This document shows, piece by piece, positions 13,801 to 26,640 of a stretch of DNA of 64,000 nt (position 1 is the stretch's first letter; every line of letters starts with the position of its first letter). Source of the stretch: Mizuhopecten yessoensis (taxonomy: Eukaryota); assembly GCF_002113885.1 (NCBI RefSeq), contig NW_018408516.1, positions 317,234 through 381,233 of the forward strand, given 5' to 3'. A model generated the notes under the pieces. It was not told where the DNA came from, did no database searches, and saw only the letters and a list, made by a program, of their open reading frames with translations. The translations under genes were made by a program, and so were the position numbers.

Positions 13801-14384
13801 TTTAGTCTGAACAGTATTTTTAGAATATATCAAGACACCACCCCCCCCATCCTATTTTGTCTATCTTTTCTGTATGGTTCATTTGGAAATGAGTCTAGCA
13901 TAATATCATTATTGGGAATATCTGGTGTTAGATGCGTTTCTGTTAAGCAAATAATGTCATTTAGGTGCAGCTCGGAATCAACTATATCAAGTTTGTTCCT
14001 TACAGACCTAACATTGAGATGGGTGATTTCTATATTTTGCATGGGACCAGGATTAAGCTCAATGTCATTAGCAAGAAGAAGTATTTTTTGACTTACATAG
14101 CGGATATAGCTATTGTTATTAATTCTGAGTATAATATGACAATGTAGTACGGGACACAGGTACTCTGGTTGTGTATATGTAACGCAAGCATATTGGGATC
14201 TGATTATTACATACATGTATACTCCCCCTTCCTGCCCAGGAACCTCTGCTAGGTACTTACAATAGGTTAAGAGTGAGTTTATCATTTTAAGATTGTTAGG
14301 GTTCAGTCTGACCACTGGGGCCCACCACGGATGCCCGCATGCACACACACACACACACCAACATGTACATGTGTCATAACACAT
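10888..14384 (-). CDS. LINE ORF2 polyprotein (2A-like peptide, APE, RT), split by one frameshift in a G8 run at 13841-13848
   Basis: ORFs 13830-14384 and 10888-13833 join as RKDRQNRMGG(G)GVLIYSKN if one base is restored. The true start is uncertain. Confidence 0.85.
14043..14102 (-). other. 2A-like (StopGo) ribosomal skipping motif
   Basis: YVSQKILLLANDIELNPGP matches D(V/I)ExNPGP with a Leu-rich upstream helix, directly before the APE domain. Confidence 0.8.
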
Positions 14385-14620
14385 GAATTATCAGTATGGG
14401 AGTATGCACACGAGCATCCGTAATAAGCCCCCGCGGCCAGGCATACGGGCAGGTTCAACATGGACAAGTAATTAAAAAACTCAGTAAGTATCAAGATGAC
14501 CTGGATGCATAGGCATACACGTCCTGCCCGCAGATATGACACGAGCCCCGTCCCACCCCACCACTCCATGCCAATAGCATGAAACAGATGGGCAGAACGC
14601 TGATTCGTCCCGCAGCTATG

Positions 14621-14752
14621 GGACGCTTTTGTACAAATGGGAGTGAAATAACGTGATTAATTGATTTTATGTTGTAATTGTATTTCATTATGACACACGT
14701 GCAGCTTACACAACATAGATTACCTGACAATAATGATTGTTTCCTAGTAGAT
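14621..14752 (+). repeat. Right copy of the ~130-bp direct repeat flanking the LINE
   Basis: Matches 10110-10241 with about 4-5 mismatches. Confidence 0.9.
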
Positions 14753-15069
14753 GAGGATTTCCACCGGAGATTCAGTGTATATCATTTACAATAAGAGGCT
14801 ATATTTGTAGGCTGTGTCGCACTGCTAATTTAATTCACACCTTTATCAATTTATAGGTGATAACTCATGTTAAGACGTGGCTTATATAGCCTTAAACATA
14901 TTACGTAGAGAATCACAGGTTACACACGTGCTGACAGATCTATTCACTGACAAAGGATGCAATTCTAATTGTGGTACATAAATTCAGCACATGTTTCAGA
15001 TGTTAGTTGTTCCAGGAATGTTTGAACTTAGCTAACCTTTGCATAATGTATACAGTGAACCAAAATGTA

Positions 15070-15527
15070 TAACACCTACCCCTGATACAGAGATCGTACA
15101 TGTATCTAGTCACGTATTAGTAACACATACCACTGATACAGATATCGTACATGCATGTAGTCAGGTATTAGTAACACATACCTCTGATACAGAGATCGTA
15201 CATGTATATAGTCAGGTATTAGTAACACATACCTCTGATACAGAGATCGTATATGTATAAAGTCAGGTATTAGTAACACATACCTCTGATACAGAGATCG
15301 TACATGTATAAAGTCAGGTATTAGTAACACATACCTCTAATACAGAGATCGTACATGTATGTAGTCAGGTATTAGTAACACATACCTCTGATACAGAGAT
15401 CGTATATGTATAAAGTCAGGTATTAGTAACACATACCTCTAATACAGAGATCGTACATGTATGTAGTCAGGTATTAGTAACACCTACCTCTGATACAGAG
15501 ATCGTAGATGTATGTTGTCAGATACTA
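15070..15527. repeat. 51-bp minisatellite, 9 copies
   Basis: Unit aacacatacctctgatacagagatcgtacatgtatgtagtcaggtattagt. Single copy in unit 2 at ~25164. Confidence 0.95.
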
Positions 15528-15989
15528 GTGTAAATCCACGATAGTCAGGCAGGGATATAGAGGCTAGAAAAAATGGTTACCTGATTTAGAAATATAAGTA
15601 AATACCACTTTTTAAAACTAAACAGCAGCTGAGTTTTCATCAAATGTGATTTATGAACACACATCTGTATTTTGTGCAGATGTAAACCTTTTTTATACTG
15701 AGGCAATTGCTCTCATTTTTTACCCTTCGGCGGCTCTATATAGTTACACGCTTACCTTCATGTCGTTAGTAACCAGTTTGTTAATTTTTTTTCATTTATT
15801 TTGCAAATCAGATTCCAATAGGAATAACAGGGCCGGATATTATATCTGTTTCAATTTATAATGATGTGCAAGCTACACTTGTGTTCATAAAAGCAATTAA
15901 TTTATTGAAACTATCTGTATTCAATTATTTAATAGAAAGTATTAAGATTTTATCATTAATTCTATATATATATTTATAAAACATAGTAT

Positions 15990-16920
15990 CGCATACTGTC
16001 CAACCAAACGTCGAGTCCCCCATACCGAAGCAATCTAACATGACGATAGTGATATGGGGCAAAACAGTAGTTTAGCAAGAAAGGGAATATTGATGATTGG
16101 AAAATAAACATCGTCATGATTTTCCTTACCGTTCCTAATAGTCATGTTGTAATTGAATAAACGAAACAAACATGTCTTGCTTTTTTTAGACGGCACATTG
16201 TCGAATATATTAAAGTGATATTTAAGGACTTGGTAGGGAAGTATTACTAGGATTAATACACTATTCAATAAAATAAGTCACATATGAAAACACAAACAAG
16301 TTAGCCCAGAAAAGGGGCAGAGCTTGTTCCCAAAGGAGAGCCTGATGGAAGATCTTGCCATCGAACTAAAAAAAAACATAATTCGAACTAAAAATCCCCG
16401 ATAAGACTAGGGCAAAATATGAACAAATGAAATACATGGATTCTCTTTAACAAGTACAAGGAAAATAGAATCAGGTGAACCGAAAGGGTAAGCGTTGTCT
16501 GCTTTATTGATGACATCCACCGTATAAATCAAGGTGAAATCCAGGTAATATCACGTCTTCAGAGTCAGAGCAGGGTATACGCGCAGTTATAACAAAAACA
16601 AGGCACTGTAGTGAGCATATCGACCTTCATATCGCACAAACACATCGACCTTCATATCGCACAAACAAATAGTATTCTTCCTCTGACATCATGATGGTGA
16701 GTACAACACTGGTCATACATGTAGTCTTTATCTACTTGTATTGATGGAAACCCTGTGTTGTATGTTTGTCCGCCAGCAGTCGACATCTATCACGGAAATC
16801 ACAATGTTCGGAGCAAGCTCTTTTGTACCGTATAAACGGAGACATGTAAACACCATGTAAAAAGGTTGGGGAAATGTCGATCTTTCGATCAAGAGAGACA
16901 AAGTTCACAATCGGAAAAAA
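15990..16920 (-). mobile_element. Degenerate Penelope-like RT remnants (two pieces)
   Basis: FDGKIFHQ.., NHDDVYFPIINIPFL and FPIVNFVSL...HGVYMSPFIRYKRACSEHCDFRDRCRLLADKHTTQGF resemble the PLE RT thumb/C-terminal region. Confidence 0.6.
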
Positions 16921-18554
16921 AGAAAAATGTGTCGTTCTGCTAAATTGTAAGCCGCCCCAGTTGGTCACGGTGGAAATAGTGATCTTTGTATCTGGCAAAC
17001 GTAAAGGGGCCTATAGAGGCCTTGAATTCACGTTAAAGAGGATACACACAGTCAGGTGTCTGTATCAGTCCTCATGAACTCTTGATTAAAGTCGATCTTG
17101 TATAAAAAAAAAAAACTCGAAAAAATCCAGTTGTTCCCACAGACATACAAACAGTCGTTTGCTGTCAGTTCTTACAGCCTACCTAAACAAATATATTGCC
17201 AACCAGGAACTCAGTTATTCCCGCGCGTCAATCCTTTATATATCCATCTTTGCATTATGCTGGGAAATATCCACCGTCGCCAGTTTTTGGAAACAACATT
17301 TCATATTAAGATAACGAAGGCGTTCTATCAGTTTGTATGAGGGATGGTAAAGAAAAGAACTTTAAAGTCAGATGTTCTAACATTTTTGGGGAGAGGATAC
17401 ATAAATCTGATCCAAAAACAATTATGAGCTTTTGAATTAATCCCAAATCAAGTTTTCATTATTTCCACTGCTGACGTATAGAGAATCACAATAGGAATGT
17501 AACCGTGATTTAGTGGTTCACACCAGGCAGGTCAGTGTCACTTTAGTTATATGGAAAGATTAAAATACAGAAGGATGATAAGCTTGTATTTTGTTCTTCT
17601 AAAATTAGAAAATGTTTAGGTATGGTTACCTTGATTATCAAGCAGGCCATTTTGTAAGCATAAGTAATAGTGTAATAGCGTGGTAGATAAGAATCAAACT
17701 ATTTATTGTTTGTTTTCTGCCGACACAAACACAAACGTATCATTAATTTTGTTTCAGAAACACAGTTTATAAGTTTTAATGAATCATTTTAGATTGCATC
17801 GTTACGAATTAAATTTAGGTTGACACCACAAGTAAATTTTACTTGTTTAACAATAAATTTTAAGTTGTGTGGCAATGATTCACACGTTTGTTTTTTGTTA
17901 GGAAATCGGTCACTACATTACCTGTGTCAATACATAAACACGTAAACAACAGAGCCGACATATTTGATCGATCGATTCGCTTGGTATATCATCAATCATA
18001 TTGCCTGCTGTTATACGTATTAGTATGACCTCTAAAACAATATTGGATCAAAAATACTGGAAACAGCTCATCTGTTCGTCCAGCTAAAAACATCATTATA
18101 TTAGTCTTCTTCAAATCTACTGGACAATTTCCAAAGTAACGCTGTATATGTCCAGGTTCACCTTGCACTTTTGCGCTTTGTCCGTTTGATTCGTTTTCTT
18201 TCTTTCCTCATTTAACCATCAACTCTTAAAACTTCATGCCAAATTAACAGGTGAAATTTAATAAGTAATGTATACGTCCGTATACTGAATGTCAAATCCA
18301 GAATGATTAATTACGTTTGTATGCAAAATGTCGCATGCAAATTTGTTATACATAGTTTCGAACCTTTAAGCCGTTAATAATGTCGTTATACATTTAATTT
18401 CAACGGAAACACAAAATATCAAACATTTTATTATCAAATTTTATTTGTGAAGGTATCAATAGTTATCTCAGAAGAATATAATGAATGGCACAATGCAGTA
18501 TAATCTCATAGAAATATATCAATATATGTACATATACTTATTAAATATTTCAAT

Positions 18555-18781
18555 CTATAAATCCACACATCCTGCTATTTCAGGGTCGAATAATCGCCCA
18601 TTGTTCCACTGAGGACACAGACCCTGGTATATCACGCGCTCGCCTCGACAGACAGCAAAGTAAGGGGTCCTCTCTCTCCCGGCCCACACGTTAAGTCCGT
18701 CCGGTTGTCCGGAACAGCTGGGGTGACGGACGCTACACGGCAAACAGTTAGGACATTCACACTGGTTAGCCCTGTAATCAC
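18555..18781 (-). pseudogene. Orphan terminal exon (exon 3) of a chitin-binding gene
   Basis: DYRANQCECPNCLPCSVRHPSCSGQPDGLNVW...AGCVDL* is open, but the acceptor is CGG instead of CAG and exons 1-2 are absent. Confidence 0.85.
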
Positions 18782-19112
18782 CCGGTAAAAACACAACCAA
18801 TATCAGAAGTGGTCGGAGCGAGATGACAATACGTTGACATTGATATTGAATACCGAGATATACACTACATAAGTAAAATTATATCTGCTATTTGGTTTAG
18901 AGTTATCGCTCTTATTATTTTTGTTTTTAATAATTGATAACCTGGCATTAACACAAAACATATCAGTAGTTCTTGGATGGAGATGACATGCTAAGATTTG
19001 TGACTAGTTTCTACCACAATTTCAATTATCTTTATATCATAAAATTAAGAATTTGTTCCATTTTCGGAAAAGAGACGGCTTTATATGTCTGCTTGGAAGC
19101 CACTGCGATATT

Positions 19113-20070
19113 TAAACTTTTGTCCTTTACTCTGGCACTCTTGTTCCATGAAGAAAGTCAGAAAGTTAGGCAAGATACAAGATAGAGCTTTAGGGTTTTT
19201 ACAAAATGATCACAACTCATCGTTCAGGCACTTACTTAGTATGACAAACAGCGATAGTTTACATGTAGGTCGCCTGAAGGATATGGGTTGTGAGGTTTTG
19301 AAAATTATAAACAAAAAGGTCTACTGAGTATTTGCACAATCTTGCAAAGATTAAGATGTCTAGTCGTGACTTCAGGGAAGAAAATACTATAGAGGTGCCC
19401 AGGGTCAACACTGTGAAGTAAGGACAAAAATCCTTTGCGTTTGAGGCCGCTCTGGTGTGGAACAGTCTCCTTAATGACTTCCGAAAAGTTGATATATTCA
19501 TAGAATTCAAGAGGCAGGTCCTTTCCTGGGATAGCCCCATATGTCTTTGCAATATCTGTTAAGTGTGCTACTTTTAATTTTGCCCTGGTTACCTCTGCTA
19601 CCCGACATTTTGAATTGTTTATACATGTACTATTGTTGTTGTATCTCGTTTCGTATATTAAACTATTCTATATTTTTGCAGCGTTGTATTCTTATTTTAA
19701 TTCCATACATTTCTAAAATATATTTATTACAGAATTTGACAAACTTCGTTAATTGATTTCAGTATCATGTGTTAATTTCACACTATATTAGTGTATGTTC
19801 TATCAATTTTTACTCTTTGCTATATTATCATTGTATATATCTTGATAGTGCTTTGATCCTAAGTAATTTTTGTGTGATATACAACTATTCACTATTAACT
19901 ATGTCTTTTATTAACTTACATTGAATACTACTACAAAAGTGTCATGTCCAAGGGGCCTTTGTAGGAAGGGGATAACCAATCACTTAGAAACCTCGGATAT
20001 GATGCTTTTTTTCTGTGACAATTATTATTGATTTTATTAATATTTAAACTCCTTTCATAATAATGAATAT
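19113..20070 (+). mobile_element. 5'-truncated LINE 3' fragment (paralog of 5275-6220)
   Basis: LNFCPLLWHSCSMKKVRKLGKIQDRALGFL...EVPRVNTVK*. Confidence 0.8.
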
Positions 20071-20279
20071 GTGATTATCTCCCTTTCCTTGTGATACAAC
20101 GTATTAATGTTATTTTACATATGTTTGTCGCATTTATAATATTAGCTTTCAAGAGCTTATCTCTTTGTTTACATATATGCAACTTTAGATAAAGTTTCCT
20201 GTAACTTGTATCGTGTGCAAAGGAAATTTTAAATTTGAAGAATTCAAAAGATCTTTTTGATTAGACTCGAAATTCTTTA

Positions 20280-20710
20280 TTTTATCAGTTCGCTTGTCCA
20301 TTTACACAACCATACCTCATGCTAAACTGAAGTAGCGTCTGCCATCTTTTATCGTGACATATTTCATTTCCAAGAAAGACCAACTGCGATATAAATATAT
20401 TAGTGTGAATTATTTTGGAGTATATTTTGTGAAAACACAGCAAAGACCAAAATGAAACGAACTTTGGATGAAATGGTTAGAATGATTGAGTTCCTGGTTG
20501 ACAATATCTTTGTTGACTTCCGGTTAACAAACGTTGTCCCTCTTCTGGCCGATTTGTTTTTGTTTTCATATGGAACTGAATTTATTGATGAGCTTATCAG
20601 GGCTTATAACAAAAACCTAGTCAATGTTTGGACTTTCCATTCCGATATAGAAGAACAAGAAATGAATGACCACGTCGATCGTTATATCCTCCTGCGTACG
20701 AAATCAAGGA
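20280..20710 (+). mobile_element. Degenerate Penelope-like RT remnant (paralog of 6430-6790)
   Basis: MIEFLVDNIFVDF..TNVVPLLADLFLFSYGTEF. Confidence 0.65.
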
Positions 20711-22622
20711 CTACATGGTACAGGCTTTTCACCGTCAGTCGCATGCCCCTATCGATGTTGCTTACAACAATACAAACGGATGGTTTAATGTTAATTGTAG
20801 GATAAAGATAATCTTGAAACCTGAGAAGAAATATTCATTAATGTCTTGCAAAATATTTGATAATAAGTGTACATTGACGATTTCCTAGATAATGAATCAA
20901 GCTGTTAATAATTATTATGAGTCAATATTTTCGGTATATATTAATGATATATAAATAAAAATACTAATAATAAAAATACGTTTAGAAGCTCGAATATTTA
21001 CACAACATAACACTAATTTCAATAACATAGGGTAAAAAAGATGCCTCTACATATTTACAATTATGTGAAGTACACAATCCATGACGCCGCGCATGGAATG
21101 ACCTAATTAACACAAGGTTATAGTCGATTTCCTGATTTCTGTAACATTTTAATTATATGTACTTTTATCGTTTAACACTAGTTTGACGTCATAATCACTA
21201 GAAGTGCGACGCAATTATCTAATGAGTGAGGAAATACTGATATAGCAGGGACATGTTAACGCAACTGTACCGATAACACTGTACGGATAGATTGTTAACG
21301 TTATTTTAATGACATCCAAATAATCAAATAACCACGGTTTAGTCTAGTATACTTATAAGTCATGTTTCCCTAAGTAATACCAATGCTTTTAATATATTTC
21401 TTTGCAGTGTTTCCTTAGCTAAACTACCATTGGAACTGGGTCTGTGTTACATAAGCGTTTATCACATGATGGACTGTGTTACTTAGTGAATATACCCATG
21501 TCATATTTTTTTGCGTATTAACCCATGTTATAAGACCTATCAGCCCTGTGATTGGTTGAAAGTTTCAATTGTTACAATTGTGACGTCACGCCTAGGACAA
21601 AATCATGACGTCACATACTTACGCACTGGAGTCAAAATGGCGGATTTGTACATTTCATAGTTGCATTAAAATTGTCGTTTTACACGAATAAATGTCACAA
21701 ATCTTGATTATGTGATAAAAATGATCGTTTTCATTTCATACGAAATTTATGAAACTCGTCACAAATTTTTAAAATTAGCCGAAAAATTCCACGACTCATT
21801 TAATAAATCTCATATGAAATGGAAACACATGTAAGATCCTGTATTTATGTCCAGTATGAAGCTATTTGATAATTTATGTAATTACTAATTACATATTAGT
21901 CATATTTGTAATTGTATACTTATAAGCATACCATTCAAAGTATGTTGCACTGAGACTTGTAATCAAAAGTGTTTCTATTGCTTTTTGTTTTTCTCAAAAC
22001 TACCATTTTAATTGTATTTTGCTAGAGCGTGCTTATTTGTCTATGAATATAAAATAGAAACAAACAGATAAAGACATAAAGAAAGGGGTTAATATCTGGT
22101 TTCAGAAAGCTGACCATTCGCCAACATCTGTATTGTAAGGGGTAGGTACATAGTGAGTTCGAAGTCTCGCCTTCTATCACTTAGTCATATACCAGTCATG
22201 TCATCGAAATCCAACCATGACGATATCTATGCTGGGGTTTGGTACATAGTGAGGACAAAGTCTAACGTTTTGTTGCGTAGTCTGACCTTACTCAATAAAT
22301 AGTTCAGGTAAGAACGATACTTTTCTGCTATGACAAGCGAAATATTTAGAGATGACCACCCTTGTTTGAGACTTTAAGGGAGGAGAAAATGCTCCAGGTA
22401 TGAAGCAGACACACACCTATTGATATAGCACCTCACGTGTGTCCACAATAACATATCTAAAATACCTGTCATCCCGGGGTTGTCCGGCAGACTGCTCCAT
22501 TCATGTTTGATCGTATTATATCTCGTCTACAACGATAAAGCACGTGGGCAAGGGTGGGCGACAGTGGTCAGCAAATTATTTCAAAATGGAGTCATCATCA
22601 CGTCTGTGGGATGATGATTATG

Positions 22623-22629
22623 TATATAA
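22623..22629 (+). promoter_or_regulatory. TATA box candidate
   Basis: TATATAAG about 90 bp upstream of the ATG at 22713. Confidence 0.55.
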
Positions 22630-22712
22630 GGGAGGTTTGGGCAGACCTAGAATCAGAAATAAACCCAGAGTTTAGGAAACGACTCGGAGAAGGAACTGAC
22701 ATAGTTGTCAGA

Positions 22713-24216
22713 ATGAATGTGGTTGTTTTATTATCAGCTCTCGCTGTCGTCTCAGCTTTTGAAATGAACAAAGAGTGGGAAGGTACCATCGGTGTAGAGT
22801 GGAAAGAAGACCCGGCAGATTGTTCCGTGTTCTATCTGTGGTACAATGGACGGCGAACTAAATACTCATGTCCCGGAACCATGGTTACAGACCCAATCAG
22901 CAGGGCTTGTGTGCCGAAAGGGTCTAAGCTAGACAAATGTGAGTAGATCTTTCTGTTGATATTTTTGATTGAGATACATCAACAGTTAAAATTATTTTAT
23001 TAAGTCCAAACAAAATAATTTTATACTGTGAAACGTTTATAGTCAGTAAGTCTTTGGCCAGTTTTTCTGTGAATTAATTTTTTGTTATATTTTTGTTTTA
23101 CTACAAAATTTCAAATGAATAAAACAATAGGGGCACATATATGTTTAATAATATATTTATCATAGATATTTCATATAATTTCAGGCTCAGAAAAGAACAC
23201 GCCAGGTATCCCATGTAACGCGGCCTTGAAGGAGTCCTGCGCTAAATACACGAACTGCCCAGTTCCGAGTGAGATGGGGATGCCCGTCATACCGGAAGTA
23301 CAGGAGTGTCCCTACCCTCTACTGTACGACGAGGACAGTAAGGGCTGTGCTTACCCAGACACAGTCAAATGTGGGGACAGAATCGAACCCAAGGATCCAT
23401 GTTAGTATACATTAATATCATACAATCTGGTTAGCTGGTTATTCTGATGCGGTCGAACACAATTACATGTTTGATGTATAGTATTTGTCATTACACTGGT
23501 TGTGACGTCACAAACATCTATGCTAACAAAACTATAACGCCGTGAATTTACGAAGGAAAATACAAATCGCTTTTGTATGATGTTTTTCATTCTTATTTTT
23601 GTAACAAAATGTATTATCTTAAATAGGTAATCATTGATGAAATTCATTTTGATTAGAATCGTCAATGATACATTTATATACACAGGAGTATGGGCCCCTT
23701 TACGTTTGCCCGATGATTTTTATTTTATTTTATGAAAAAGTAATACACTTATTTCATAAATCCTGATTCTAACTGAATGATTACATAATACAAAAGCATT
23801 CATATTTATATTTTTAAGTTAGTACGCTCATTATTAAACACAATACTAATCGGAGTAATAATTCCAAACTAAAAAGCAGATTTAATTTTACTTAATTAAT
23901 ATATAAATCCGAGTATTCAATATCAATGTCAGCGTATTGTCATCTCGCTCCAACCACTACTTATATTTGTTGTGTTTTACCAGGTGATTACAGGGCTAAT
24001 CAGTGTGAAGGTCCTAACTGTGTGCCGTGTAGCGTCCGTCACCCCAGCTGTTCCGGACGACCAGACGGACTTAACGTGTGGGCCGGGAGAGAGAAGACCC
24101 CTTACTTTGTTGTCTGTCGAGGCGAGCGCGTGGTGCACCAGGGTCTGTGTCCTCAGGGGGACAAGGGGCGGATGTTCGACCCTGAAATATCAGGCTGTGT
24201 CGATATCGATGTATGA
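22713..24216 (+). CDS. Secreted chitin-binding protein (3x ChtBD2/peritrophin-A-like), 224 aa; exons 22713-22938, 23185-23400, 23984-24216
   Basis: Signal peptide MNVVVLLSALAVVSA; DPADCSVFYL; CAKY..C..ECPYPLLYD...C; GT-AG phase-1 introns. The spliced length of 675 nt is in frame. Confidence 0.9.
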
Positions 24217-25679
24217 AATGAAATATATAATAATTGTATGTAAATTTTGCTTTATTCGCCTGAGATTACATGTGATATTTTACCGATATATATCTTTTAT
24301 AATAAAAGTTACTGATATTCTTTTCGTGTTTTCGATTTTGTTCTTGTCATGAACATGAAATGGGTTTCCGACAGTTGTGTCCTGCTGAGACACAAACAGT
24401 GTGTAGAGGGGAGATGGATCCATACCCCGGTTACTGGGCAGGAGAACATGTATAACGAGAACACAAACAGTGCGATGATGATACAGCATTAGGCCAGAGC
24501 CTGTATCATCCTTCGTTAATACCCACAGAGTACTTCCCCATTACGAGTTCAAGGTCTGTCTCCCGAAACAACACCAGAATAAGTGTAAGTGGACTGTTAA
24601 TTTGTTTACGGTTACACCTAGTCTGACAATACCACTTTACATTGAACGGGTGGACATATCTGAGGTGTACATCTTATTACCATAGGTAGTAGGCCGTTAC
24701 TAATATCGAAAGTAAGTTTGGACGGTTTTGTACAAATGGGAGTGAAATAACGTGATTAATTGATTTTATGTTGTAATTGTATTTCATTATGATACACGTG
24801 CAGCTTACACAACATAGATTACCTGACAATAATGATTGTTTCCTGGTAGATGAGGATTTCCACCTGAGATTCAGTGTATATCATTTACAATAAGAGGCTA
24901 TAACTGTAGGCTGTGTCGCACTGCTAATTTAATTCACACCTTTATCAATTGATAGGTGATAGCTCATGTTAAGACGTGGCTTATATAGCCTTAAACATAT
25001 TACGTAGATAATCACAGGTTACACACGTGCTGACAGATCTATTCACTGACAAAGGATGCAATTCTAATTGTGGTACATAAATAAAGCACATGTTTCAGAT
25101 GTTGTTCCAGGATGGTTGAATTTTGTCAAACTTTGCATTATGTATATAGTGAACCAAACAGTATAACACATACCTCTGATACATAGATCGTACATGTATG
25201 TAGTCAGGTATAAGTGTAAATCCACGATAGTCAGGCAGGGATAGAGAGGCTAGAAAAAATGGTGTACCTGATTTAGAAATATAAATAAATACCCCATTTT
25301 AAAACTAAACAGCAGCTGAGTTTTAATCGAATGCGACTTATGAACACACATGTGTATTTTGTGCAGATGTAAACCTTTTTTATACTGAGTCTATTGTTCT
25401 CGTTTTTTTACCCTTCGGCGGCTCTATATAGTTACACGCTTACCTTCATGCCGTTACTTACCAGTTTGTGTATTTTTTTCATTTCTTTTGCAAGTCAGAT
25501 TCCAAATAACAGGACCGGATTTTATATCTATTTCAATGCATAATGATGTGCAAGCTACACTTGTGTTCATATAAAGCAATTAATCTATTGAAACTATCTG
25601 TATTCAATTATTTGAAAGATAGTATTAAGAGTTTATCATTAATTATATAGATATATTTATAAAACATAGCATCGCATAA

Positions 25680-26640
25680 TGTCCAACCAAACGTCGAGTC
25701 CCCCATACCGAAGCAATCTAACATTACGATATTGATGTGGGGCAGAGTAGTGGTGTAGCAAGAAAGGGAATGTTGACAATTGGAAAATAAACATCGTCAT
25801 GATTTTCCTTACCATTCCTAATAGTCATGTTGTAATTAAATAAACGAAACAAATATGTCTTGGTTTTTTTAGACGGCACATTGTCGAATATATTAAAGTG
25901 ATATTTAAGGACTTGGTAGGGAAGTATTACTAGGATTAATACACTATTCAATAAAATCAGTCACATATGAAAACACAAGCAAGTTAGCCCAGAAAAGGGG
26001 CAGAGCTTGTTCCCAAAGGAGAGCCTGATGGAAGATCTTGCCATCGAACTAAAAAAACATAATTCGAACTAAAAATCCCCGATAAGACTAGGGCAAAATA
26101 TGAACAATTGAAATACATGGATACTCTTTAACAAGTACAAGGAAAATAGAACCAGGTGAACCGAAAGGGTAAGCGTTGTCTGCTTTATTGATGACATCCA
26201 CCGTATAAATCAAGGTGATATCCAGGTAATATCACGTCTTCAGAGCAGGGTATACGCGCAGTTATAACAAAAACAAGGCACTGTAGTGAGCATAATCAAA
26301 CACATCGACCTACATATCGCACAAACACATCGACCTACATATCGCACAAACACATCGATCTACATATCGCACAAACACATCGACCTTCATATCGCACAAA
26401 CAAATAGCATATTTCCTCTGACATCATGATGGTGACTACAACACTGGTCATACATGTAGTCTTTATCTACTTGTATTGATGGAAACCCTGTTGTATGTTT
26501 GTCCGCCAGCAGTCGACATCTATCACGGAAATCACAATGTTCGGAGCAAGCTCCTGAATACCGTATACACTGCGACATGTTAACGCTATATCAAGGGGAA
26601 ATGTCGATCTTTCTATCACGAGAGACAAAATTCAAAATCG
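25680..26640 (-). mobile_element. Degenerate Penelope-like RT remnants (paralog of 15990-16920), with a 25-bp x4 repeat at 26301-26400
   Basis: NHDDVYFPIVNIPFL; SQCIRYSGACSEHCDFRDRCRLL. Confidence 0.6.

Larger units (their letters stand above)
10242..14619 (-). mobile_element. Near-intact CR1/L2-group LINE (APE endonuclease + RT), no ORF1 seen
   Basis: APE motifs HLNVRS, ICLTETHL, YRKDR, GDIN, IDIVF and SDHSPI. RT motifs YRPISITS, DVSKAFDRV, GVPQGSVLGP and FADD. The 3' end reads aataaaatttgttcaaatgaaaaaaa. Absent from unit 2. Confidence 0.95.
2899..17268 (+). repeat. Tandem segmental duplication, unit 1 (~9.8 kb plus a 4.5-kb LINE insertion)
   Basis: The sequence ccgtcgccagtttttggaaac...attaagataacgaagg recurs at ~2922, ~17274 and ~27087, and colinear similarity continues through each unit. 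Confidence 0.9.

Noticed and set aside
13839-13850. Programmed frameshift in the LINE at the G8 run
   Set aside because: It falls inside the APE domain (RKDR..GGGV), where orthologous ORFs are continuous. A homopolymer indel or sequencing error is more likely.
11474-14147. Plus-strand ORFs within the LINE
   Set aside because: Antisense shadows of ORF2 with no recognisable motifs.
15039-15330. Repeat-protein ORFs
   Set aside because: Translations of the 51-bp minisatellite, which is single-copy in the paralogous unit.
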